A stretch of 64,000 bases of DNA, taken from assembly GCF_902713615.1 (NCBI RefSeq), contig NC_052154.1:80393072-80457071 (forward strand), in the 5' to 3' direction. Position 1 is the stretch's first letter. Each line of letters begins with the position of its first letter. This document shows, in pieces, positions 1-12,958 of this stretch. Source of the stretch: Scyliorhinus canicula (taxonomy: Eukaryota). The position numbers and the translations under genes are program-made. Under the pieces are notes generated by a model, which saw nothing but the letters and a program-made list of their open reading frames with translations, did no database searches and was not told the DNA's origin.

Positions 1-471
1 AAGGATCACCTTGTCAGTCTGATTAGACTTGATCTTTGGTACTGATCTTGTATCACAAGATTAAATAGAACCTGATTAGTGGTGCTTCTACTTGTGTATT
101 ACTTTGAGTAGCTCTGGATATATTACAAAGTTTATGGAAAATTGCCGTCTGCTCTAAAATTCTGTGCCCTTTTCTATGAAGGATTTATTTGCATTTAATA
201 TGGTCTTTTGCAAATTAGGGAGGGGCAGAATGGAAGTAGAGTACAGCAAAAGAAATTTTATAATGGTTTATCATTTGATTTCTGTTTAGAAGCTAAGTAA
301 ATATTAAATGTGTTATCGTCTGTACGATTGTCACAAACTTTTTCTGGGAGAGTGGGTGGAAAGCTTCAAGTAAACAAATCCAAAAAAGCTAACATCTTTC
401 TGAATGGCTTAAAAAGGGTGATGTTCTAACATAATTCAGAGAGAAAGTAATGTACCTAATGAGGATTTTAG

Positions 472-612
<141 letters not shown>

Positions 613-1940
613 TAACATTTTTGGGGGGGGGGGGTTGTGACTCTCCGCTGTAAAGTCAGCAATGATTCAATGCAAGGCATTGGTCATTGTGAAATGTGCT
701 GAAGCCTTGGATATACAGGCTTGGGTGGCACTTTCTGGCTTCTTGAATATATTGGAACAAAATGGTGATCGCTCAAATTAATGTTTTCTTTCTTCACCTT
801 GCTGGAGCTCTGTACCTAGATTGAGTTTAACTGGATAGTACACGGGCATGAAGCAAAGGATCCAAACTTTGTTTAGCTGCAAGTTACTGAAGTTATGTGC
901 TTAGTCCCTTGTGCTGCACTTGACATTAAAAATCAAATAAGAGGCCCTCGAAAAGAAGCGTCCTTAGTTTGTAGAGAATTTCCAATGTTTCAATTGTCGT
1001 CTGTTCTAGCAATTACCTGCACATCTATTTCCCAGCAGCTCTGACAATTGGATCTGATGGGAATAAACACTGCCTATTTTCACTTTATAACAATGATTTT
1101 TAAAATTATATTTTGAATTACACGCATTTTTAATCGAGTTAACTTCTACTTGATCATAATCCACACTGATCACCCATTGGTACAGACTTTTCTGGTTATG
1201 ATGCCTTTCTTATTTCTCCTTCCATTTCTGTTGATGCTGTCTGTGTAATGAAAATGGACATTTTGACCCCAGTCACTCTGCACAGTGTCCGTGATGGCTT
1301 CTCTGCAAAGTCATTTTACCCTCAACACATTCATTCTTCCCTCCTCTCTCTTTACTTACAAAATTTGATTGTAGTGATTGAAACCTTTTCAGGTAATTCT
1401 CTATTTCCCCTCTGCGGACCAAATACAGCCTTCCTATTGCTACCCTCCATAAGGCACTTGGTAAAGACCAGGTATTAAACCCCAGGTTGTCCTTGTTCTG
1501 TAGGGTTGGCTATTGACTGAATAGAATACTTGAGCTACTTTTCTTCCTAGTCTCATTGTGCCATCGGTAACTTGATTAATTTTCTTCACAGCCAACAAGT
1601 GTTTGGCTGAAATCATGAATGTTTGTTTCTGGAATGTCATTCACCAATGTGATAGCAACATGTTTGTATAAATTGTTCTGTGGCTGCTATTTTACCGCTT
1701 CGTGTTAACTTAATATGGCATCTTATGTTGAGCAGAAATATTTTCCTGAGAGCAATTCTGCTGTTAAAGCTACTTCCCCAACCTCTTATCTTTAAATAGT
1801 GAGGCTTTGGTACAAACCAGACCGAGGGAAAACGTTTGGTAAAGCCACTTGTGCTGCGCAGGTTTTGGAATTATGAGGTGATTTTATCCACAGAGAGGAT
1901 ATTAGTTTTTGTATCCCTTTCCCTAATCATCAATGAGTAA

Positions 1941-2129
<189 letters not shown>

Positions 2130-2396
2130 TGATGATATGTGCATGCAAGTGAATGTGCTTGGACATGCGATTGTATTTGCTTGTGATCTGGTACTTGAGG
2201 TGCTCTTAAGATGAAGATATTGATTTACAGTTTAGAAATGAGCTTGCATGAATGTAGTATAATTCACTTAGAGTATTTCACAGCAAATTAATTGTTTGGC
2301 TGTTGTGTTTGATCACATTACAATTTGTGCAGAGCTAGGTCCAATGAAAGAGAATGAGATAAACGTGAACATATTCAAACAAGTGGCAGGCGTTGG

Positions 2397-2860
2397 CCAT
2401 TCAGCTCTTGAGTCTGCTCTGCCATTTTAAGATCATGGCTGGTCTTATAATAACGACAAATCTCTATCCCTCCTACCCCACCCCTCTTAACCTATCACTC
2501 CCTTGGTTACGAAGACTCTGTTCACCCTCTGCCGTAAAAATATTCACAGACTCTGAGTTCCAAGGACTCCACAGCTGAGTGAAAACATTTTGTCTCACCT
2601 CCGTTTTAAATCAGTGTGGTGATTATCTCTTCTAAGGAACACAGCAGGCGACTTCTTATTCTTGAACAGTGACCCCTAGTTTTAGATTCTCTCACAAAAG
2701 TAATTATCATCGCCACATCTACCCTATCAAGACCTCTCAGGATATCAATGTTTCAATCAAGTTGACTCTTGCTCTCCTGAACTCCAGCGGATACAAACTT
2801 ATCCTGTCTGTCCTTTCCCTCAAGACAGCCCACCCATTAGTCTGGTAAACCTTCTATGAG
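2397..2860 (-). mobile_element. CR1-type LINE 3' fragment, degenerate
   Basis: Reverse complement of the CR1 3' tail seen elsewhere in the window; boundaries approximate. Confidence 0.55.
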
Positions 2861-2867
2861 CTAACAC

Positions 2868-4316
2868 CGGTTAGCCTGACTTTGGTCATTGGTATGATTT
2901 TCAAGTCCATTATTAAAGATGAGATTGTGGAGTATTTGGAAGTGCACGATAAAATAGGACTGAGTCAGCACGGTTTCATCAAGGGGAGGTCATGTCTGAC
3001 ATCTGTTACAGTTCTTTGAGGAAGTAACAAGGAAGTTAGACAAAGGAGAACTAGTGGACATGTTTTATTTGGGTTTCCAGAAGTCCTTTGACAAGGTGCC
3101 GCATAGGATACTGTTAAATAGAGCCCATGGTGTTCAGGGCAAGACCCTGGCATGGTAGAGGATTGGCTGACTGGCAGAAGGCAGAGTGGGGATTAAAGGT
3201 TTTTTTTCAGGATGGCAGTCGGTGACTAGTGGTGTGCCTCAGGGGTCGGTGCTGGGACCACAACTTTTCACAATATACATGAAGGAACTGAAGGTGCTGT
3301 TCTGAAGTTTGCAGATGATACAAAGATCTGATGATGCATTCACCTGAGGAAGGAGCAGTGCTCCGAAAGCTAGTGTTTGAAACAAACTTGTTGGACTTTA
3401 ACCTGGTGTTGTAAGACTTCTTGCTATACAAAGATCTGTAATGGGACAGGTAGTATTGAGGAAGCAGGTGGGCTGCAGAAGGACTGGATAGGCTAGGAGA
3501 GTGGGCAAAGAAGTAGCCCATGTGGGAAAAGTGTGAGGTTACGCACTTTGGAAGGAGAAATGGAGGCATAGAAAATGGGAAGATGCTTAGGAAATCAGAA
3601 GCACAAAGGGACTTGGGGAGTCCTTGTTCAAGATTCTCAAGGTTATTGTGCAGGTTCAGACGGCAGTTAAAAAGGCAAATGCAATGTTGGCATTCATGTC
3701 AAGAGGGCTAGAATACAAGACCAAGGATGTACTTCTGAGGCTATATAAAGCTCTGGTCAGACTCCATTTGGAGTATTGTGAGCAGTTTTGGGCCCTGTAT
3801 CTAAGAAGGATATGCTGGCCTTGGAAAGGGTCCAGAGGCGGTTCACAACAATGATCCCTGGAATGAAGAGCTTGTCGTATGAAGGAACGTTTGAGGTCTC
3901 TGGGTCTGTACTCGTTGGAATTTAGAAGGATGAGGGTGGATCTTATTGAAATTTACAGGATACCGTGAGGCCTGGATAGAGTTGACGTGGGGAGGATGTT
4001 TCCACTTGTGGGACAAACTACAAGCTGAGGACACTATCTCAGACTAAAGGGACGATCCTTTAAAACAGATGAGGAGGAATTTCTTCAGCCAGGGGGTGGT
4101 AAATCTGTGGAACTCTTTGTTGCAGAGGGCTCTGGAGGCCAAATCACTAAGTGTCTTTCAGACAGAGATAGATAGGTTCTTGAACAATAAGGGGATCAAG
4201 GGTAATCTGGGGAAGGCAGGAGAATGGGGATGAGAAAAGTATCAGCCATGATTGAATGGCAGAGCAGACTAGATGGGCGAAGTGGCCTAATTCTGCTCCT
4301 ATGTCTATTGGTCTTA
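2868..4316 (+). mobile_element. CR1-type LINE, RT domain to 3' end, disrupted
   Basis: Fragments SQHGFIKGRSCLT, FQKSFDKVPH, KFADDTK, KCEVTHFG and KKANAMLAF...LYKALVRLHLEYC; typical tail ending at ~4316. Interrupted at 3331-3425. Confidence 0.9.
3341..3375 (+). ncRNA. Minimal type I hammerhead ribozyme motif (Penelope-type) within a 95-bp TSD-flanked insert (3331-3425)
   Basis: CAC-CUGAGGA-A-GGAGC(AGU)GCUCC-GAAA-GC-U-A-GUG: conserved core, 5-bp stem II, palindromic AGCU stem III, CUA triplet, 3-bp stem I. Confidence 0.7.
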
Positions 4317-4339
4317 TTTGCATCTTTCCCTTTAACGGT

Positions 4340-5480
4340 GACCGATATTGTACAAACACTCCAAATGTGGTCTCACTCATGCTCTGCACGACTGCAGTAT
4401 AGCCTCCCTATTTTTGTATTCAACTGCCCTTGCAATAAATCATTCCGAGTTACTTGCTGTACCTGCACGTTGCAGTTGGGCACCCAGATCCCTCCGAGCT
4501 CTGCAATCTCTCATTATTTAGATGATCTTTCTTTAATTCTTCCTTCCAGAATGGACAATTTCACATTTACCCACATTATACTCCATTTACCAGATCTTTG
4601 CCCACTCAATCTATCTACATATTTTTGTAGCCTTCTTATGTCCTCATAACTTTTCTGCCTATCTATATGTCAGGAGCAAATTTGGCACCATCCCTTAAAT
4701 CCCTCATCCAGGTCATTTTACATAAATTGTAAACCATTGAGGTCTCAACACTGATCCCTGGCACACCACTTGTTACATTTTTACCAACCTGAAAAATACT
4801 TATTTATTCCACTTAGGAAGCAATCTTCTATCCATGCCAATATGTTACCCCTATAGCACAACTTTTTATTTTCCGCGACAACCTTTGATGTAGAACTCTA
4901 TCAAATAGCATTCTGGAAACGGAAGTACAGTACATCCACCGGTTCCCCTCCATGCGCTGCAGGAGTTACTTCCTCAGCTCCAGTTCCAACAAGTTGCTTA
5001 AATATTATTTCTCTTTCACAAAGCTGTCAACTCTGCCTGATTACCGTGAGCTTATCAAGTGCCTTGCTTTAACCTCTTTTAATACGAGCGTATAATATTT
5101 TCTCTACGACAATCTAGGCAAACTGGGCTGAGTTTTTTTAAATTACGGGAGTTGTATTTGCTGTCTTCCAATCTAATGAGATCTGCTCTAAATCTAGAGA
5201 ATTTTGGAAAATTAAAACCAGCACACTACTATCTCGCTAGGCACTTCTTTTGAGATTCTAGAAAGAATGAAGCCCATCAGGACCTGGACTTCTTTCAGCC
5301 CAGAGCTCCAATAATTACTCAGTCCCATTTCCCAGTGACTGTAAGTTTCCTGATTTGCGCTCCCTCCCATTTCCTGGTTTATAGCTGCTCCTGGGATCTT
5401 TCTTTTATCCTGTAGCAATGAAGACTGATGCAAACTACCGGTTCAATTCATCTGCCATCTCCTTGTTTTCCATTATCAAT
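4340..5480 (-). mobile_element. Old CR1-type LINE fragments
   Basis: Reverse-strand similarity to the CR1 RT pieces at 2868-4316 and 15610-16703; heavily decayed. Confidence 0.55.
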
Positions 5481-5492
5481 TCAAATTCTTAC

Positions 5493-5843
5493 CATAGAAT
5501 TATGGAATCTCTACCGTGCATAAAGAGGCCATTCGACACATCGTGTCTACACAGACCCTCTGAAAGAGCATCCTACCAAGGCCCACTCCACTGCCCTATC
5601 CCTGTAACCCCACCTAACCTTTGGGCAATTTAGGCAGCCTTTGGACAGTAAAGTGACTATTTAGCATTGCCAATCCACATAACCTGCACATGTTTGGACT
5701 GTGGGAGGAAACTGAAGCACCCAGAGGAAACCCACGCAGACACAGAGAATGTATATTCTCCACACTGAAATTGACACCCAAGGTTGGAATTAAACCCAGG
5801 TTCCTGGTGCTGTGATGCAGCATTGCTCACCACTGTTCCACCA
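5493..5843 (-). mobile_element. tRNA-derived SINE (HE1/V-SINE-like)
   Basis: Central domain and head shared with the many other SINE copies in the window. Confidence 0.75.
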
Positions 5844-6021
5844 TCTGGTATTACTGGCTAGCTTTCACTCCTATTCTAATTTTTCCCTCCTTGATTAATC
5901 TTTTTGTCATCCTTTTGTTGTAACTTGTATTTGGTCCAATCCTCTGATCTGTCACCCGACTTTGCACAACTATATGCTTTTTCTTTGTGTTCTATCCTTT
6001 AACTGTGGGTATTCAATTCTT

Positions 6022-6424
6022 AGCCTCATGGCGCTGAGGTCCCAGGTTCGATCCCAGCTCTGGGTCACTGTCCGTGTGGAGTTTGCACATTCTCCCCGTG
6101 TTTGCGTGGGTTTCGCCCCCAAAACCCAAAGATGTGCAGGCTAGGTGAATTGGCCACGCTAAATTGTCCCTTAATTGGAAAAAATGAATTGGGTACTCTA
6201 AATTTATATAAAAACAAATAGAATACCCAATTCTTTTTTTTTCTAATTTGGGGGCAATTTAGTGTGGCCAGTCCACCTACCCTGTACAGCTTTGGGTTGT
6301 GGGGGCGACACCCACGCAGATACAGGTAGAATGTGCAAACTCCAGACGGACAGTGGCCTGGGGTCAGGATTGAACCCGGGATCTCGGTGCCGTGAGGCAA
6401 CAAGTCCTAACCACTGTGCCGCCC
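6022..6424. mobile_element. Tail-to-tail pair of HE1/V-SINE-like SINEs (+ ~6022-6213, - ~6216-6424)
   Basis: B box GGTTCGATCCC, V-domain gtgtggagtttgcacattctcccc and AT-rich tails in opposite orientations. Confidence 0.85.
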
Positions 6425-6509
6425 TTATCTGTAACCTTTCTAATTAACTCTGGATGATGGGTCCAGCCCTCCGACTTTTTCTTGCTTGTTGGAATGTATT
6501 CTGAAACAT

Positions 6510-8313
6510 TTTTTAAAAATAAATGTTTTTATCTCCATTTTCACATTTTCCATCAAAATTTACACCCCACCCACAAACGGTAAACGGTAACAAATACAAA
6601 ATCAATCCCCTTAACAATAACAACGATCCCATCCTCCCACCACCCCAAACAACGGCCCACTTGTCAATATATGCATCCAATGAAACAAACCCTCCCACGG
6701 TGGAAACAAAAAACAATGGAGAAAAAGAAAAAAAGGAGTGTGGGACCGCTCATGGTCACCATAGAATCCACTCCCCCACACTCAACACCGTCCAACCTCT
6801 GAAAGAGTACCGTACATGATACCCAAGAGTTGTAACCCCCCCCCACTGTCCCCAACTCCTCCCGTCCACTGCCTCTTGTGAAACTCCTCCCCCCAATCTC
6901 GGTTTTTTTCCCCACAACTTATCCACCCCGGCTAGATCACTCGGACCCTGTCCTGCCAGGCTCTGATGGCTGCAGCCCCTCCCCCCACCTCACTCCCGTT
7001 CACTGGCCGACTTAAACTGGCCAGCGTGGAGGCCCCCTCCAGGTCCCTTTTCCCCCTTGCCCGGCCCTAGGATAGCCCAGAAATCTCCTTTTGAGCACAC
7101 AAACTCCACATATCCACCTACACCCCAAAGAGCCCTCACTTCGAGTGAAAGTCCCATCAATTCCCTTGTCCAAATATATACAACATTGGCTCCTTTAGTC
7201 CATACGCCCAACAAAAACAAAAAAGCAAATAGTCATGAGGTTACATCAGCACATGGCCATTTCTCAATTTCTCAGCTCTGCCACAGTCCTTCTGCCTTTG
7301 TAAACTCCTCTGCTGCTTCCGCCGTTTCAAAATAAATGTCCTTGAGCTTGTAAGTCACCCTCCGCTTCGCTGGATACACAATGCCGCACTGCACCTTGCT
7401 AATGTACAGTGTCCTCTTCACCCGATTAAAAGCAGCCCGCCTCCTCTCCAGCTCCACCGTAAAGTCCTGGTATACATGTATACCAGCTCCAGCCCACTGC
7501 GCCACCTGCTTCTGCTTGGCCCAGCACAGGACCTTCTCCTTCACACTGTATCTAAGGAAGCAAGAGTCACTACCCTTGGCGGCTCACTCGCCTTTGGTAC
7601 AGGCCTCCACGACCGATGAGCCCAATCCAGTTCATAACGGGAGGGAACCTCCCCCTCCCCCAATAGTTTCACCAGCATCGCAGCAAAATACTCAGTCGGC
7701 CTTGGCACTTCAACTCCTTCGGGCGGCCCCACAATCCTCAAATTCTGTCGCCTGTTTTCCAGGTCTCCCATTTTTCCTTGCAGTTCGTTGTTAATCTCCA
7801 TCACCGTCCGCATCTCCTTCCCCATCGAGGTAAGTTGATCACCGTGCTGCAATAATGTCTCCTCCACTTCCTTCAGCGCCTTCCCTTGCTTCCGCACCTC
7901 CGCCACTGAGCTCGCCACCGCCGACGTCACCGGGGAAATCGCCTCCTCCACCAGCACACTCAAAACCTCCCTCATCTCCTTCCTCATTGTCTCCATGTAT
8001 TTTGTAAACTGCCTTTTGAATTCCGCAGCCATCACCATAGTTATTTCTTCAGCCATAAGCAATGTAGCCTCCCCTGGTGCTCCAGTCTCCATTTTCTTTA
8101 CTGACCCCGGGGTGACCTTTCTACTCCCCGACGGACTTTCAGCTGTTTTCACGGCCGTTTTTTTTATTGGTCCTCGACATATCCCTTCCCTGTGCTTTCT
8201 GACCTTTACCGCCTTCGCTGCCCCTAGGACCGGGCGTCAATCCCCGACAATGCCGTTCCCGAACGAGAGCCCTCCAACGCATGGCTGCCTCCCGCCTGCC
8301 GTCACCAGAAGTC
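6510..8313 (-). mobile_element. Full-length ORF1-only L1 derivative (HAL1-like), 1.8 kb
   Basis: 12-bp TSD ATTCTGAAACAT (6498-6509 and 8314-8325); 5' end GACTTCTGGTGACGGC like the other L1s here. L1 ORF1 (8152->7272, one frameshift) with RRQNLRIVGPPEG and YQDFTVELERRRAAF; no ORF2 remnant seen. Confidence 0.8.
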
Positions 8314-8353
8314 ATTCTGAAACATCTTAAATGCCTACCACTGCATCTCTATT

Positions 8354-8507
8354 TTTTTAATAAACATTTTTTGAGGTATTTATGGTTTTACAACAACAGC
8401 AAAGTAAACAATGTACATGAATTTATAAACATAGTGCAAATGCCATCTTCCTCCCTTACAGGTCCCACCTTTATTAACCCTCTACTCTAAGCTAATCTCT
8501 CTCTCTT

Positions 8508-8540
<33 letters not shown>

Positions 8541-11500
8541 TTCTGCTGATGATTAATTTGCCGTAAAGAAGTCGCCAAACGGCTGCCACCTCCGGACGAA
8601 CCCTAACTGACCCTCAAGGCGAACTTGATTTTCTCCAAGCAGAGAAAGCTAGCCATGTCAAATAGCCAGGTCTCTGACTTCGGGGGCTTTGCGTCCCTCC
8701 AAGCTAATACTATCCATCTCCGGGCTACCAGGGAAGCAAAGGCCAGAACGTCTGCCTCTTTCTCCTCCTGGATTCCTGGGTCTTCCGGCACTCTGAAAAT
8801 CGCCATCTCTGGACTCCGTGTCACCCTTGTTTTTAACACCGTGGACATGACATCCGTAAACCCCTGCCAGAATCCCCTAAGCTTTGGGCATGTCCAGAAC
8901 ATGTGGACATGGTTCGCTGGCCCTCCCGCACACCTTGCGCACCTATCTTCTACCCCAAAGGATCTGCTCATCCGGGCCACTGTCATGTGAGCCTGGTGAA
9001 CAACCTTAAACTGTATCTGGCTGAGCCTGGCACATGTTGTGGACGTGTTGACTCTACTCGACCATCTGCATAGAGACCATCCTCTATTTCTCCTCCAAAC
9101 TCCTCTTCCCACTTGCACTTCAGCTCCTCCGTCTGTGTCCCCTCTGACCCCATGAGTTCCTTGTAGATGTCAGAGACCCTCCCTTCTCCCACCCACACTC
9201 TGGAAACTACCATGTCCTGTATCCCTCTTGGCGGTAGGAGCGGGAAGGTTGAAACCTGCCTACGTAGGAAGTCCCACACCTACAGGTACCTAAATTTGGT
9301 TTCCCCTCGCCAATCCAAATTTCTCCTCCAGCTCCCTCAGGCTAGGAAAGCTCCCCTCTATAAACATATCCCCCATCCTCTCAATCCCTGCTCTCTGCCA
9401 TCTCCGAAACCCTCCATCCATCCTTCCCGGGGCAAATCGGTGATTTATTGGAGACCACACTGATGCTCCCACATGCACCACCACGGGCTGGTGCAGTACT
9501 GTGCTGGCGGGAACAGCAGAGGCGCTGTTATAAACGTCCCCAAGCTGGCGCCCTTGCTTGAAGCTGCCTCTACTCTCTCCCTCACACGCCCTCCTCCACC
9601 ACCCATTTCCTGATCATGGCGATATTCACTGCCCAATAGTAATTACTGAAGTTCAGCACCGCCCTCCCCGGCTCCGCTCAAGCATCCCCTTTTTTACTCA
9701 TGGGGTCTTACTCGCCCATACAAAACCAGTAACTACCTTGTTTATCCATTTTAAAATAGGACCGTTGAATAAAGATGGGGAGACACTGAAATACAAACAG
9801 GAATCTCGGGAGGACCGTCATTTTCACTGTCTGCACCTTCCCAACTAGTGACAACGGGAGTGCGTTCCACCTCCGAAAATCATCCTTCATTTTGTCGTCT
9901 AGTCGGGCCAGATTTAGCCTGTGCATCCGTTCCCATTCCTGCGCCACCTAGATGCCGAGGTACCAAAAGCTTCCACCTACCACTCTAAATGGCAGCTCCC
10001 CCAAACGCCTCTCCTGCCCCCTTGCCTGGACCGTAAACATCTCACTTTTCCCCATATTTAGTTTATATCCCGAAACTGGAGGTCTCCCAGAATCCTCTTA
10101 ATTGTTTCCATTCCCTCTTAATAGGTACGACACATACAGGGGCAGGTAGTCTGCGTAGCACCTTGAGGCTCTCAGCGTGATTGCCAGGGGCTCTATGGCT
10201 AACGCAAACAACAGTGGGGAGAGGGAGGCATCCCTGTCTCGTCCCCCGATGCAGCCGAAAATAGTCCGATGTTGTCCTATTCGTCCGTACGCTCACCATA
10301 GGAGACTGATCCAACAACCTGACCCCAGTCAATAAAGCCCCACCTAAATCCGAACCGTCCAAGTACCTCCCACAGATATTCCCATTGTACTTCATCAAAA
10401 GCCTTTTCTGCATCCATTGCGACCATTACCTCCACATCCCTTCCTTCTGGGGGCATCATGATCACATTTAACAACCTTACATTGGCCACCAACTGCCTTC
10501 CCTTAACAAACCCCGTCTGGTCCTCCCCAATAATGTCTGGAACATAGTCCTCAATCCTAGAGGACAAGATTCTGGCCAGCAGTTTGGTGTCCACATTCAA
10601 TAGGGTTATCGACCTGTAGGACCTGCACAGCTCTGGCTACTTGTCCCGCTTCAGGATCAATGAAATCGTCAGAGGAAGCACCCCACGCTCCCTTGCCTCA
10701 TTGAATGTCCTCATCAACAGCGGCCCCAATATCCCAGACAACCTTTTATGAACTCCACTTGGTACCTGTCCAGCCTGGGCTTTAATCGACTGCATGGCCT
10801 TCAGACCCTCCGCTATCTCTTCCAACCTGATCGGGGGTCCCCAGCCTTTCTACCACCTTCGGGAAATTCAGCCCCCCGAAGATGTGCCTCATCCCCTCCG
10901 GCCCAGCTGGGGGTTCCGACCCAAACAGCCTACTGTAAAACGCCAGGGGTTCACCCCTGCTGAGTCTCCAACCAGGTTCCTGTCTCCGTCCTTTACTTTC
11001 CCTATCTCCCTGGCTGCCTCTCCTTTTTAAGCTGCTGTGCAAGCATTCTGCTGGCCTTCTCTCCATGCTCATAAATCGCCCCCCTCTCCTTTCTCAGCTG
11101 CTCTACCGCCCTCCCTGTGGTTAATAAGCCAAACTTTGCCTGTAGCCTCCACCGTTCCCTTAAAAGCCCTGCCTCTGGGATCTCCGCATACCTCCTGTCG
11201 ACCTGTAATATCTCCTTTACCAGTTAGTCCATCTCTGTCCTGTCTACCTTCTCTCTGTGAGCCCATAACGAGATCAGCTCCCCTCTGGCCACCGCCTTCA
11301 ATGCCCCCCCCCCCACCGTGTCGTTGACGTCCAGGTAATTCTGAATACATTTCCACGTGTGCCCTCTTAACTGGCCCATTTAGCCCTCTTAGATTCCAGG
11401 TGATCAGCCTAGTTGGGGTGTTCACCCCCCTCCCCATCTTCGCTGATCAACCATCACCTTTCTTGGGCCAGTCTCCAGCCCGTGTCCCATGCCTCCACTG

Positions 11501-12958
11501 GCCCGCCCCCAGGCAGCCTCCACCCCCAACCTCCTCTCTGTCCCTCAGGAAAAGTCGCTTCCTCGTCAACAGACCATTCCTCCTCCCCCCTCCCCCCCCC
11601 GTAACAGCACAGTGTAAATCAACCCCTTTGATAAGCCTAACATCTGCTCATCCCCCACTGCGCTTCCGTGAGCTAGCCCGCCCAGCTAGCTTGGTGGCCC
11701 CTACCCCTGGCGCCAGCCATTCTCCCACCTATTGTGTCCCCCTCCACCGCTCATACACACATATTCAAACGAAAAACCAGTCCCAACCCAATTGCCCTTG
11801 CAAAAAAACGATAAACAAAGAAAAGATCAAACAGAAGATCCAGCGTCTAACAAATACACCTCCATCCTCCACCAGTGCAAATGTAAACTTTAACTCACTC
11901 AGCTGTGCAACTGGCCCCAAATCAATACAGAAGGCATTACGAATAACGTCCGACAAACAAAAAACAAGAAACGTTTTTTTAAAACGAGAACGTTGCAGCA
12001 AAGTTCAAGGTCCTCAGTCTGCCACCAGTTCTTTCCTTTTTGCGAAGTCCATCACGTCCTCAGGCGACTCAAAATAAAAATGTTGCTCCTCATATGTGAC
12101 CCAGAGACTGGCTGGATACAGCAGTCCGAACTTCAGCTTTATCTTAAAAAGGGTCGACCTGATCTGGTTAAACCCCATTCTTCTGGCCACCGCCGCACTC
12201 TGGTCCTGATAGATCCGCAGGATACTGTTCTCCCATTTCCAGCTCCATGTCTGCCTGGCCCATGTAAAACACGCTCCTTGTCCAAGTACCAGTGGAATCT
12301 CGCCACCATTGCCCACCCTCCACTCACTGCTTCCTTGCGAGTGCTCTGTGAGCCCTGTCCATCTCCAAGGGTCGGGAGAACATCCCATCCCCCAGCAGCT
12401 TCTCGAACATGCCCGCTATGTCTGCCCCAGTGTCCGCTCCTTCGGACCCCTCCGGGCGACCGACAATTCTCGGGTTTTATCCTTTTCTGCTGGTCTCTCC
12501 GCATCCACACCTCCAGCTCCACTGAAGTTTGATGTTCCTCCTGCTCAGCCAGCGACTCCTCTACTTTCTGGATCGCCTGATTTTGGGCGTCCAATCTGAG
12601 CTCCAGCTGTGCAATTGATTCTATAATCGGGTCCAAGCATTCCTGCTTCTGCCTGGCGACGCCCTCATGCATAAATTGCATCAGCTGCTCCATTGACCGC
12701 TGGGTCTTTGGGCCAGGACTCCGGTCATCCGCCATGCTTTCTCCCGCTTCAGCCCAAGCCTTCTCTGTTTGTCTGTTTCTTCCTTTGCGAGCACTTCTAG
12801 TCCGTCTCTCCATGCATAGCTGTGGGAATCCAATCAACAATTGTCTCTACCATCAATTTTCCAAATCCAGTCCGGTAAAAAATCGGGGATTAGTCCGGCC
12901 TGAGCAGGAGCCACCAAATGTGCGACCTACTCTTTCATAGCCGCCAGCGGATGTCTCG
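8354..12958 (-). mobile_element. L1/Tx1-clade LINE, 5'-to-3' complete but disrupted, endonuclease largely deleted
   Basis: 13-bp TSD CTGCATCTCTATT (8341-8353 and 12959-12971). ORF1 at 12840-12014; ORF2 pieces RLITWNLRGLNGPV, DAEKAFD, RGTRQGC, C-terminal CARCAGGPANHVHMFWTC and EKIKFALR. Confidence 0.92.

Noticed and set aside
8508-8540. Long poly-C/poly-G runs (also ~20763, 32225, 37548, 42508, 43119, 48533) as G-quadruplex or functional elements
   Set aside because: Most lie inside transposon copies, and homopolymer lengths are unreliable in assemblies; there is no independent support.
11400-12077. 225-aa + strand ORF, and similar long ORFs at 11993-12532, 45539-46231 and 32010-32537
   Set aside because: These are antisense or off-frame readings of GC-rich L1 sequence, not host genes.
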